Shown: one piece after another, positions 12,561 through 29,404 of the stretch | How the letters are laid out: each line of letters opens with the position of its first letter | How positions within the stretch are numbered: the first letter of the stretch is position 1 | Assembly: GCA_048213135.1 (NCBI GenBank) | Contig: PS015021.1 | Location: 85,618-141,127, forward strand | From: Reclinomonas americana ATCC 50394 | Taxonomy: Eukaryota | Direction: 5' to 3' | Length of the DNA: 55,510 nt | Program-made: the position numbers and the translations under genes | Notes under the pieces: generated by a model | Seen by the model: only the letters and a program-made list of their open reading frames with translations | Database searches by the model: none | What the model was told of the DNA's origin: nothing

Positions 12561-13227
12561 CATGGAGACAATTTGCGCATGCAGTGCTGGTCAAGCGTAC
12601 TGCGTTGCGTCTGACGTTCAAAAATGGGTCGGAGCGCAAGTAGGAGGCGAAGTTGCTGTTGTTGTAGCTTGGGGCTTATTTGACTCTTGCACTCGCTGCC
12701 CTGCGACATTCTTCTTGATTTTCCGCGGTGTGAAATCTTGCAGCCACTACTGCTCACTCTCCCCACCCCCCCTCTCTCTCTCCTTCGCATCACCTGTCAC
12801 CTCCGAGCAGACATATATTCCGTTGTCGTCGCGCACCAAAGAGAATCGTCCGACGATCCCGCTCCCCCCACTTCCACGATATCTTCGCACACGACCTGTA
12901 CATGTATATATATCGGATATTGTGCGTGACCATCGCTCCTCCCGTGCCCCGGAAGCCATGGGCACCATTTCCCTCCGCTCTTCGATAGCCTGGTGCAAGT
13001 GCAGCGGCAGGCGGCCACGCTTCGTCGAGGCGGAACTATTGCAGCATAGTGCCTGCAACATTACAGCTACTAATGCATTCGCTTCAATTCGATGTTGCGC
13101 ATATCCGTTTCGCTCTCACCCCGCGCAGGAGTTCGGAACAACCTCCAGTGCGCATATAAACCCGATGTGCCTGATCTGTGTTCATTCATTCATCTCGTCT
13201 TTCGAGTCAAGGAAAACACCCTCTCCC

Positions 13228-14309
13228 ATGAAGTTTGCTTCTGCTCTTCTCTTTGCCGCACTGCTGTGCGTGCTCGCTGTCGCTGCTCGTGCCGACGTGC
13301 TGCGTGCGGCTGGCGGCTACTACCCGCCCACTTCAGTTGACGTTGTCTGCTACGGCGGCAGCTTCATCAAGGTCGTCTCGGCCACCATCCGCGGATGCTC
13401 GCAGGGTGAGTGTGCTCCGCCGGATCCACTCACACAACTCTCTCTCCACTCTCTGTTTCTGACGTGCTGGTGCCTCTCTCTGCACGCTGTGCGCACATGT
13501 GAATGCTCTTGTCACTGCCGATCGTAACTCCCTCTCTCCCTCTCATCGATATCGCGCGCAGCTGACGGCTGCAAGTCCATCGCCACGGACGAATGCAACA
13601 ACGTGAACGACGTCACTCACTACCCGCTGGTGCAAAAGCTGAACGGTGAGACGACTGGCTGGCTGCGCGTGGAGGACTTTGAGGTGCGATTGCTCTTTGC
13701 GTGAATGCTGACAGCGATATCGAACTCATGCAATGTTCCGAACATACGCACCAGTATGCCAGCAAGTGGCTGCAGTCGCGTGTGCTGTACTTTGAGTACC
13801 AGTGCGTGAAGAAGATCGACTACCCGCCGAAGCCGATCCCCAAGCCGGGCCCGATCAAGGTCTACAAGGCGTGCGGTGGCTGGGCTGTTGATCTCGATTG
13901 CCGCTCTGGTGGCAACATCTTCATCGTGTCGGCTGTCGTGCGCGGCGCTGAGACCACCGATGGCTGCTACGGAAACACTGCGTCCAAGGGCCCGTGCGCC
14001 ACCATCAAGAACTACACGGTTGAGTCCCATCTCCACCGCAGCTCTCTCTCTCCTCTCATCCCTTACTTCATTCCGATCTCTTGCGCGCAGCACGAGGTCG
14101 GCTACTCTTGCAACGGCAAGAACCAGTGCTGGAGCCGCGTGGAGGACCTGGAAGGCTCGCCGTTCTCTGGCTACTTTGCCAAGTGCTGGAACCACCAGAC
14201 CAGCTCGGGTGCGCTCGGCAACGGCACCGGCAATGTCGGCTTCCGTGTGCTGGAGATTACCTACAAGTGCATCGACTTCAAGTACTACCACGACGACGTC
14301 GTCTACTAA
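13228..14309 (+). CDS. Secreted protein with two SUEL (Gal/rhamnose-binding) lectin-like domains, copy 1
   Basis: Signal peptide MKFASALLFAALLCVLAVAARA and four exons. The pattern 'ACGGWAVDLDC...IFIVSAVVRG...CNGKNQC...LEITYKC' follows SUEL cysteine spacing. Confidence 0.75.
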
Positions 14310-14595
14310 GGAGCCGACTTCCTGTCGAAAATGTCACGGCGCGAGTCTGCAGAGGTGTGCGCCCACACCGGTGCACACAATGATGTGGTGATGATTGCGT
14401 GTCAGTGAAAGCTGCTTTGAAAAGGCACATGAAACTGTCACACCACTTCGGCCAGCTGATTAGCAGTGTGGACGGCAGGCTGACCGCTGCCGTGTGCTGA
14501 CCGTGGTACTTCCCTATAATAATAGAAACTTCACTGATCCATACACAACAATGAGCATCTACCAGTGATCGCCAACAAGTCCAGATTACCATGGC

Positions 14596-14885
14596 AGGGC
14601 CAAATTCTGGACGCGGGAGCGGCCGCATCGCTCCGGCCGCCGTCCACAGACATGCCATGGACGGACGGTATTACCGTCGATTGCCAATGGACAGCGGCCG
14701 AGGTAGTGCCTTGGACGGTGGCAGTGCCGTCAGGTTGCCAATGGACGGCGACCAAGGCAGTGCCCTGGACGGTGGTAGTGCCGTCTGACTTCCTCCCCCA
14801 TCTAGGTCGGGCAATTTGATGGTAATTTGGCGGTAATGCCTGGCATTACCATTCTTTTGCCAATGGACGGCTGGGACCGGTCCTG
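14596..14885. repeat. Structured repeat block: 54-bp tandem pair, TGGACGG motif array and palindromes; possibly a non-autonomous transposon end
   Basis: 14681-14734 is nearly identical to 14735-14788. Palindromes GACGGTA-T-TACCGTC (14664-14678) and GGTAATGCC-T-GGCATTACC (14832-14850). Confidence 0.6.
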
Positions 14886-14890
14886 TCAGG

Positions 14891-15089
14891 GTGTGTTGAT
14901 GTTTTGGATATGGTTGGACTTGGTCATCAAGACAGCTGTGTTGCTTGTTTGTTGGTGAATGAAGTTGTTATTGTTGTTGGTTGGACTTGCTCATGAAGAC
15001 TTGTGTAGTTGGTGGGGTGCACGTGAATGTCGGCAAGGGATTTGTGGACATTTGTCGCATTATTGGAATGTGGTGAATGAAGTGTTTTT
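14891..15089 (+). repeat. Dispersed intergenic repeat, longest copy in the window
   Basis: Sub-segments recur inverted at about 29931-29998, 36986-37035 and 53943-53961, and directly at about 18458-18478, 19832-19853 and 22378-22389. Confidence 0.75.
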
Positions 15090-15237
15090 CTCTCTGTGGA
15101 AAATTCGAATAGTACTTTTTGTGTTTCCCTGCACCCGCAGCAATAGCAACGATGTTTGCCGCTCTCGCCAGCACCGGTGCGTCTCCATCTCACTCCCTCC
15201 CTTTTTCTTAGTTTTCTCCTCACTCTTTCTCGCGACG

Positions 15238-15456
15238 ATGTTGCTCATTCGAGGTCTTCTTCACCACACCACAGGTCGGCTTGCTGCTGTCGCTGCTGCT
15301 GGAGTGAGCACATGTGTTCGCCCTCTCACTGTGCTCTCGCCGCTTCTTGTCAACAAGAGGTGAGGGTGTGTCGGGGTGACAGAGAGAGAGAAACACTGCT
15401 GAGGCGCAAAACGTGCTCATGGATTGTGTAAAGAATGGTGGACGTGGTAGAAGTAC

Positions 15457-15501
<45 letters not shown>

Positions 15502-18106
15502 CATGAGAGAGAGAGAGAGAGCATGAAACTCTAAGGTGAGCAGTGACATGAAGGCGGTGATTCCAGGAGAGTGTGGGAGAGACAAGGAACAAGGAAGAAG
15601 AGAGCGAGCGCACGCATGTGGCATGAAGGGTGAGGGAGCAACGAGAATAGAGTTGCGCTAATGACAGTGACAGAGAGATCGGAGGAGAGTATGTAGAGAA
15701 TCAAATTCTGAAAAGAGAACAACTCATTCTCCCTCTCTCTCTCTCTGTCCTCTCACAGTCGCACGTTCGCCTCCTCCACAGCAGTGAGCGAGCCGCAAGT
15801 TGCTGGCATTATGTACGTTCGTGCTGGTGCGTCGTCATCGTGTTGGTGATGCAGTGCGCGATGCTGGTCTCCTCTCTCTCTCTCTCTCACACACTTTCAC
15901 TCTCTCCTCCTCAACCACCAGCTGTGGAGATGGAGGAGCACATCGCTGCCATGCGCCGTGCCGCTCTGTGGCACGTCGACCCGGCCACCTCCGCGCGTNN
16001 NNNNNNNNNNNNNNNNNNGGGCTCGTACAGGCCGGGCGTCGTGCCGTCCACCAGATACAGGTCGATGTGGCGACCCTCTAGTAAGTCCGCCTCGTCGGGG
16101 GACCGCCACACTCGATCGCCAACGATGAGGTGAGGCTCGTACTTGCCGACGTTGCCGTGACAGAGCAAGATCGTCTTCTCGGCCAGCAGGGCGCGGTAGA
16201 GCACATACATGCCGAACGCCGACTTGGAGCTGGTACAAGAAAGGAAAGAAGAGAGCAGTGAGAAGCGAGGACGAACCACGGCACGACGCAAGTCACAGCA
16301 ACTCAACATGCCAGGCGTGCCCGTGATGAAGAAACTGGAAAGCTTTCCACGGGACCGAGCAGGATCCAAGCCGCCGAGGCCGGCGGATGAGGAGTACAGG
16401 CGGTCGTAAAAGTCACGCACAAAGAGAATGGGCGACTTTGTGCCAGGCCACGTAAAGCCCTTCTCCAATTCGATGTAGGTGGCGTGTGTAATGTCGTTCG
16501 TCTTGGTNNNNNNNNNNNNNNNNNNNNNNNNNNNNNNNNNNNNNNNNNNNNNNNNNNNNNNNNNNNNNNNNNNNNNNNNNNNNNNNNNNNNNNNNNNNNN
16601 NNNNNNNNNNNNNNNNNNNNNNNNNNNNNNNNNNNNNNNNNNNNNNNNNNNNNNNNNNNNNNNNNNNNNNNNNNNNNNNNNNNNNNNNNNNNNNNNNNNN
16701 NNNNNNNNNNNNNNNNNNNNNNNNNNNNNNNNNNNNNNNNNNNNNNNNNNNNNNNNNNNNNNNNNNNNNNNNNNNNNNNNNNNNNNNNNNNNNNNNNNNN
16801 NNNNNNNNNNNNNNNNNNNNNNNNNNNNNNNNNNNNNNNNNNNNNNNNNNNNNNNNNNNNNNNNNNNNNNNNNNNNNNNNNNNNNNNNNNNNNNNNNNNN
16901 NNNNNNNNNNNNNNNNNNNNNNNNNNNNNNNNNNNNNNNNNNNNNNNNNNNNNNNNNNNNNNNNNNNNNNNNNNNNNNNNNNNNNNNNNNNNNNNNNNNN
17001 NNNNNAACAAGGTGACCATGTCACTGCTCATCACGTCGCCCAACCGACTGCTCTGGAAGGATTTCGAGAAATTCGGCGCGGAGAAGTTGTATTTTCCAAC
17101 GTATGAGTATGAGGAAATCGAGCTGCTGCAACAAGTGGCATTCCCCAGCCAGGACCGCAAGGAGGTGCGGCAGCGGTACCTCAAGTGGGGCGGATCGGCG
17201 CGCTTGGTGCTCGCCAACGTCGGCGCTGGCGCACAACTGGAGTTGCTGAGCGCGTTTTCCCGCTTCATGCCCGAGGACCTTATCCGAGCGGCGGGCACTC
17301 TCAACGACCGCGAGGACACCACCGCCGGTGGCATCTCACACCGCCTCGTGCACCTCGTTGTCAACCGCGATGACTTTAGGCTCACCTGCGTCGACTTTGC
17401 GTCACACTACGTGATGAAGGAGCTGTTCCGGCTCTGGCACGTCTCCGCCCGGCAGAACGCCAGGTTCCTGCTGTCGGGGCTGCGCGTGCTGGGTGCTGTC
17501 GGCTCGGTGCTCTACGGTCACATGTTTGAGGAGATGGCGCATGGCGTGTTGGCTGCCGGAGGCCAGTTTGCGTGCCGTGAGCTGCTCACCAGCGGCGGTG
17601 GTGTGGAGACGAAGGTGGAGATTCCGCGGTGCGCGATGCACGAGTTTGACGATGTGGCGCAGGTGGTGGCGGCGGCTGTGGCCGGTGGCGGACCCCACTA
17701 CTGGCGGCCGTTGGCCAAGAACTTTGCTGCCGTGGACTTTGTGATGTCGGTCAGCGACGGATCTGCCGCCTTCACCGTCGGTAACATGACCGTCAACGAA
17801 GACCACACCATCAAGGCAGTGACCAAGAGTGGCAGGAGCGGTTTGGTGGCGATGCTGCGAGCACTGGGCTGCAAGGAGGATGAGCCCGTGAGGTTTTATT
17901 GGGTGGTGCCTGCACACGTGTTCAAGGTGATGAACAGGCCAGCGGCTGTGACGCCGTCGGGAAAGAAGAAGAAGAAGGCAGAGGAGGAGAAGGAGGAGAA
18001 AGAAGAAGCGGCGGTGGCGGTGGCGCAGGAGCTGAGCAGACGATTGCGACAGTTTGCATTGTGTGTGGATGTTGATCCCGCTGATGAGCTCGAGAGGGCT
18101 AAGTGA
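15238..18106 (+). CDS. Crinkler/RHS-type P-loop NTPase plus restriction-endonuclease-fold protein with a presequence-like N-terminus; the middle contig (16019-16507) reads on the opposite strand
   Basis: Exons 15238-15359, 15759-15826 and 15922-gap. The inverted piece gives 'LFVRDFY...FITGTPGISKS...YLVDG'. 17006-18106 gives 'LITSP...KWGGSAR...SHRLVH...FASHYV...GHMFE...WRPLAKNFAAVD...MTVNEDH'. Confidence 0.8.
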
Positions 18107-18946
18107 AAACGCGGTCGACGGCGTTTTAGAGAAAGAGAGAGGGAGGGAGCGAGAGTGTCACAGCAGAGCAAGGAATTAATAGAACTTGCTGCAACTCGAA
18201 TCCATCTTGTGCAACTCTTCTTCTCGCATCCTCCTCTATTGCTTTTCCTTCTGCTGATGTGCGTGACAGCGATGCTGAAGCAGTTGCCAGTGGGTCGGCG
18301 ATGGACGGCCACGATGGCAGCAGAGAAATGTGTACATGTTGGCGTACAGTATTTATCGCGATGACTTCTACTATCGATTTTCTCCAACGCATGCATATGA
18401 TCACTGCATGTGCTTCGTGCCTCAAATCGATATTGGGGTTTGATATACAGTAGGTAGGTGTTGATGTTTTCGGATACGTATCATCTCCACTGTGCATCTG
18501 TGTTTGTACATGGTCGCCTGTCAATCACCTTCTTCCTCCCACTGCTAGCAGCCACCTGGTCAGTGGCTGCCACAGTGGTGATCACCTACCAACAACAACA
18601 ACAACCAACAACATTGCGCTGCGACTTTTGTCTCCTCTCGCCGCGATGCATGCCAACTTCACCAACTACATGACACGCTCGCTACACTCTACTGCTCAAC
18701 ATCACCAACTCAACTGCAACCACGGTACCATGGCCACCTCTGCAACGCTCCCGTCTTCCTTCCATTGCCGTTCGATCATGATCTGGACCCCCGCTTCTGC
18801 TGTGTTGCCTGGCTTGGCCTTCTCCCGAGATTGGTGTGGGACACCACCTGCTGCTGATATCGATATCGATGGCCGATGATGCATATGGGCTCGATGGCTG
18901 GCCATGGTGCACGTGATTGCCGCTGCTGCATGACCGATGGACCATG

Positions 18947-19075
18947 GAAGGGATCACTTGCCGTCACAACTTTGGGAGGGATCACTGGCCGTCACAACTT
19001 TGGGAGGGATCACTGGCCGTCACAACTTAGGAAGGGATCGTCGGCCGTCACAACTTGGGTACCCCACAACTTTGA
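18947..19075 (+). repeat. 28-bp tandem repeat, about 4.5 copies
   Basis: Unit GAGGGATCACTGGCCGTCACAACTTTGG, contiguous with no spacers. Confidence 0.9.
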
Positions 19076-19079
19076 GAGG

Positions 19080-19380
19080 TAGACTATTATTTTATTTTTT
19101 TCAAAAAAAAAAAAAAAAGAATGTACCGTGGTGGTGGTAATGCTTCATGATCAACTGCAGTAGTACGATGGGTGGTGGTGACTATACCTATAGTAGATGG
19201 TGGTGACCTATAGTTATTTTTTTTTTTAAAAAAAGGAAAGGGATCCGGAGGGTTTGGTTACCTTCGAGTGCTTTATACCTTTCATTGACTATCATTCACT
19301 ATCATGACTACCATGGTTAATGACTATACCTATACCTCCTATAGTTATTTTTTTTTAAAAAAAGGAAAAGGGGTTGGTTA
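19080..19380. repeat. AT-rich block with poly-T/poly-A palindromes and a direct repeat of about 35 bp
   Basis: 'cctatagttattttttttt(t)aaaaaaaggaaa' occurs at about 19207 and about 19338; a T8-C-A16 run lies at about 19094-19118. Confidence 0.7.
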
Positions 19381-19529
19381 TTTGAGTGCGATTGACTTTG
19401 GTTGCGATTGACTGTACGCGTATACTGCAGCTGATAATGACCGCATGCGACCGATCATCGAGCCATCATCACCAACGACAATCATCCAACGAGCCCGCCA
19501 AAGGCGATCAGCAGCAGGTGGTCTCTCGC

Positions 19530-20717
19530 ACCGAAGACTGGATGTAGTGCAGGCAGTGCACGACCGCAGATTACGCCGAAAATCAATGCAAGCGCGTTCA
19601 ATCCACAGCTGTTCAAGATCTCAACAACCGCTGTTATGTGATGATATCGATATCGATATCGCGATGCAGATTATCGATTGCAATTCTGGACTTGTTCTCG
19701 AGCTCGATCGCTGCGAAGCTCCAAGAGCGAACACACCGGTTCCCACCCCCTCCCCCCCTGCCGCATGCCCATTGCCCAAACACACCCACACACACGCGCG
19801 TTGTGACACTCACACACACGCCAAGACTGGAGTTGGACTTGGTTATCAAGACAACTCGTACTGGTGGTGCTACGCGTTGTTCGTTAGTGAATTCCAATGA
19901 ACTCTTTGGGTACGGTGTGCCTCTCCGTCATGATGGCACTTTCACTGGGCACACACAACAGATGGCATCCACCGGTGACTCCTGCGGTCTTCGAATTCAG
20001 TGCTGTTCGTATTGATCTCACCTCTTTCATTTGCGATCACACCGCTGTCCACATCAACAAGTCCGCCAATGTGATGACAGCGGTGCTCTCTGTGGTGCAT
20101 CGGGCTCGTCCGTCAAGGCAGCGGTTTAATAGCTGTGCACTGTCAGTACAGTATCTGCAAAGTTGCAATTCCCCCTTCCGCACAGAAACCACACACGATC
20201 GCGACCGGCAAGGAACAGACAACAACACTGCTTGCGCTTGCAAACAGATGTCCATGAACACGTGGGCATGTACATGGAAGCAGACAAACACCCGCTGCGA
20301 GTGTAGGAACTAACGCCACTGGTGCGATTGAGAGTGCATCTTGCCTCACCGGTGATGATCACAGCTGCAGTGACCAGTCGATTGCCGACACACACACACT
20401 CACTCGGCTGCAGCGACATCAAAGCGCAGTTTGTCTGTCCAGAGTGATCACTGACTGAACGCGATAATAGTCACCAAGGGCATGCACGCACCGTGTGGCG
20501 TGCTTCAGAACCCGCGCGCCATCGGGGAAGAACAGCGATATCCGTCATTCCGCAGATCTGATTCGTTTCGCTTATTCTCACTCCCCGGCTGGAGTTGTCT
20601 CGTGGTTTCGGAACAACCTCCACTGCGGATATATAAACTCGATGAGGTGTGCTCTCCTGTCATCAATCCCATCTCGTCTTGCGAGCCAAGGAAAACACTC
20701 ACTCTCACACTCCTCTC
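19530..20717 (+). repeat. Segmental duplication of the lectin upstream region, paired with 22129-23282
   Basis: Long near-identical stretches, for example 20040-20520 versus 22575-23060 and 20520-20717 versus 23087-23282. Confidence 0.95.
20628..20640 (+). promoter_or_regulatory. Candidate TATA box of the lectin genes (also at about 13153 and about 23193)
   Basis: (TA)TATAAAC is conserved about 70-90 bp upstream of the ATG in all three paralogues. Confidence 0.45.
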
Positions 20718-21797
20718 ATGAAGTTTGCTTCTGCTCTTCTCTTTGCCGCACTCTTGTGCGTGCTTGCTGTCGCTGCTCGTGCCGACGTGCTGCGTGCGGC
20801 TGGAGGCTACTACCCGCCCACTTCAGTTGACGTTGTCTGCTACGGCGGCAGCTTCATCAAGGTCGTCTCGGCCACCATCCGCGGATGCTCGCAGGGTGAG
20901 TGTGCTCCGCCGGATCCACTCACACAACTCTCCCTCCACTCTGCTTCTACCGCGCTTGCACCTCTCTGCACGCTGTGCGCACATGTGAATGCTCTTCTCA
21001 CTGCCGATCGTATCTCCCTCTCTCCCTCTCATCGCGCGCAGCTGACGGCTGCAAGTCCATCGCCACGGACGAATGCAACAACGTGAACGACGTCACTCAC
21101 TACCCGCTGGTGCAAAAGCTGAACGGTGAGACGACTGGCTGGCTGCGCGTGGAGGACTTTGAGGTGCGATTGCTCTTTGGTGAATGCGGACTGACAGCGA
21201 TGCAAATACCGAACTCATGCAATGTTCCGAACACACGCACCAGTATGCCAGCAAGTGGCTGCAGTCGCGTGTGCTGTACTTTGAGTACCAGTGCGTGAAG
21301 AAGATCGACTACCCGCCGAAGCCGATCCCCAAGCCGGGCCCGATCAAGGTCTACAAGGCGTGCGGTGGCTGGGCGGTCGATCTCGATTGCCGCTCTGGTG
21401 GCAACATCTTCATCGTGTCGGCTGTTGTGCGCGGCGCTGAGACCACCGACGGCTGCTACGGAAACACTGCGTCGAAGGGTCCGTGCGCCACCATCAAGAA
21501 CTACACGGTTGAGTCCCATCTCCACCGCTGCTCTCTCCCCTCATCCCTCACCTCATTCCGATCTCTTGCGCACAGCACGAGGTCGGCTACTCGTGCAACG
21601 GCAAGAACCAGTGCTGGAGCCGCGTGGAGGACCTGGAAGGCTCGCCGTTCTCTGGCTACTTTGCCAAGTGCTGGAACCACCAGACCAGCTCGGGTGCGCT
21701 CGGCAACGGCACCGGCAACGTCGGCTTCCGTGTGCTGGAGATCACCTACAAGTGCATCGACTTCAAGTACTACCACGACGACCGCGACGTTGACTAA
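20718..21797 (+). CDS. Secreted tandem SUEL-like lectin, copy 2
   Basis: Same four-exon structure; coding sequence and introns are nearly identical to copy 1. Confidence 0.8.
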
Positions 21798-23282
21798 GGA
21801 GCCGGCTACCTGTCGAAAATGTCACGGCGCGAGTCTGCAGAGGTGTGCACCCACACTGGTGCACACACGACGGTGTGGTGTTTGCGTGTCAGTGAAAGCT
21901 GCTTTGAAAAGGCACATGAAACCGTCACACCACTTCAGCCAGCTGATTAGCAGTGTGCATGTGGTCTTGATGAGTGTTGGACCTGTTGATTCACAGCCGC
22001 ACAACAGGCCTACAGCGCCGGCCTTCACCTGCGCCACCTTGCTTGCGTCACGGACCGATACCTGGCCCGGGCCCGCGCGCTGTGGCTAGCGCTTTGCGTT
22101 GTTTGCCTGACGTTGGCATTCTACGTATACCGAAGACTGCAGTCAGTGCACGACCGCAGATTACGCCGAGCGTCTATGCAAGCGCGTTCAATCCACAGCT
22201 GTTCAACAACCGCTGTTACGTGATATCGCGATGCTGATTGCAATTCCGCACTTGTTCTCGTGCGAAGCTCCAAGAGCGAACACACCGGTTCCCACCCCCC
22301 TCCCCCCTGCCGCATGCCCACTACCCAATCACACCCACACACACGCGCGTACATTTTTAGCGTTGTGACACTCCCAGTTATCAAGACAACTCGTACTGGT
22401 GGTGCTGTTCGTTGGTGAATTCGAATGAACTGTTACTTCGGGTATGGTGTGCCTCTCCGTCGTGATGGCACCTTCACTGGGCACACACAACAGATGGCAT
22501 CCACCGGTGACCGCCGACAAACTTCCTGCGGTCTTCAGCTGTTCGTATTGTTCTCACCTCTTTCGTTTGCAATCACACCGCTATCCACATCAACAAGTCC
22601 GCCAATGTGATGACAGCGGTGCTCTCTGTGGTGCATAGGGCTCGTCCGTCAAGGCAGCGGTTTAATAGCTGTGTGCTGTCAGTACAGTATCTGCAAAGTT
22701 GCAATTCCCCCTTCCGCACAGAAACCACACACGATCGCGACCGGCAAGGAACAGACAACAACACTGCTTGCGCTTGCAAACAGATGTCCATGAACACGTG
22801 GGCATGTACATGGAAGCAGACAAACACCCGCTGCGAGTGTAGGAACTACAACGCCACTGGTGCGATTGAGAGTGCATCCTGCCTCACCGGTGATGATCAC
22901 AGCTGCAGTGACCAGTCGATGCGATTGCCGACACACACACACTCACTCGGCTGCAGCGACATCAAAGCGCAGTTTGTCTGTCCAGAGTGATCACTGACTG
23001 AACGCGATAATAGTCACCAAGGGCATGCACGCACCGTGTGGCGTGCTTCAGAACCCGCGCGCGTTCATGCTGATATCAATGCGTCGTCGGGGAAGAACAG
23101 CAATATCCGTCATTCCGCAGATCTGATTCGTTTCGCTTATTCTCACTCCCCGGCTGGAGTTGTCTCGTGGTTTCGGAACAACCTCCACTGCGGATATATA
23201 AACTCGATGAGGTGTGCTCTCCTGTCATCAATCCCATCTCGTCTTGCGAGCCAAGGAAAACACTCACTCTCACACTCCTCTC

Positions 23283-24320
23283 ATGAAGTTTGCTTCTGCT
23301 CTTCTCTTTGCCGCACTCTTGTGCGTGCTTGCTGTCGCTGCTCGTGCCGACGTGCTGCGTGCGGCCGGTGGCTACTACCCACCCACCTCTGTCGATGTCG
23401 TCTGCTACGGCGGCACCACCATCAAGGTCGTCTCGGCCACCATCCGCGGTTGCACTCAGGGTGAGTCTCCTCCACTTGATGACACGCTCTCTGCCGTGCT
23501 GGTACCTCTTTTCTCTCTGGCACACATGCATCGCCACTCACTCTCTTTGTCTCCGCACGCAGCTGATGGCTGCAAGTCCATCGCCACGGACGGATGCACG
23601 AGCGTGAAAGACGTTACTCAAAATCCACTGGTCCAGAAGCTGAACGGCGACACGAAAGGCTGGCTGCGCGTTGAGGACTTTGAGGTGAGCAGGAGCATGT
23701 GATATGTGTGAAGTGCAACATCGGTTTCACTCACCTTCTATTCCGAACGTGACCAACGCCGGCGGAGCAGTATTCGAGCAAGTGCCTTCAGTCGCGTGTG
23801 CTGTACTTTGAGTACCAGTGCGTGAAGGACCACATCTACCCACCGAAGCCCATCCCCAAGCCGAGCCCGGTCAAGGTCTACAAGGCGTGCGGTGGCTGGG
23901 CGGTTGATCTCGACTGCCGCTCCGGTGGTGACATTTTCATCGTGTCGGCTGTCGTGCGCGGCGCCGAGACCACCGACGGCTGCTACGGAAACACTGCGTC
24001 GAAGGGCCCGTGCGCCACCATCAAGAACTACACGGTTGAGTCACATCCCCACTTTGCTGTCTTCCCTGCCATACCTCACCTCATTTTTCCCCATCTCTTG
24101 CGCGCAGCATGAGGTCGGCTACTCGTGCAACGGCAAGAATCAGTGCTGGAGCCGCGTGGAGGATCTGGAGGGCTCGCCGTTCTCTGGCTACTTTGCCAAG
24201 TGCTGGAACCACCAGACCAGCTCGGGTGCGCTCGGCAACGGCACCGGCAATGTCGGCTTCCGTGTGCTGGAGATCACCTACAAGTGCGTCGACCTCAAGT
24301 ACTACGACGACGACAACTAA
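23283..24320 (+). CDS. Secreted tandem SUEL-like lectin, copy 3 (more diverged)
   Basis: Same intron positions with diverged introns 1 and 2; the protein differs mainly in domain 1. Confidence 0.8.
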
Positions 24321-24578
24321 GGCCTGCGTGTGTGTGCGCGTTGAGTCTGTGGAGAGGAAAATGTTCACGGCTAGAGTCCACCGTGCCTCGTGATCTCTGC
24401 TGGTAGTGGTGGCGCACACGAGAGCTACAGAGAATCTTGTTAGTGAAAACCAAATGGCCCACAAGGAATTGCGTGTCCGTCTGCCAAACAGTAACGTACG
24501 GGGGTACACATTATAGTGGCACGAGGATTACGCTCCCTCGGCCTTGATTACAAACAAATAAGACTGGTTATCGCATGC

Positions 24579-29404
<4,826 letters not shown>

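Noticed and set aside
14459-14525. Helitron termini (hairpin plus CTAA on minus; TCCCTATAATAATA on plus)
   Set aside because: The CTAA lies in sequence shared with the uninserted spacer, and I found no matching opposite end or Rep/helicase gene.
16019-16507. Apparent inversion of the middle of the CRN gene (possible invertible switch)
   Set aside because: It is bounded by N gaps on both sides and continues the protein when flipped. A mis-oriented contig is the simplest explanation; long reads would settle it.
18947-19075. 28-bp repeats as a CRISPR array
   Set aside because: There are no spacers and no cas genes, and the context is eukaryotic.
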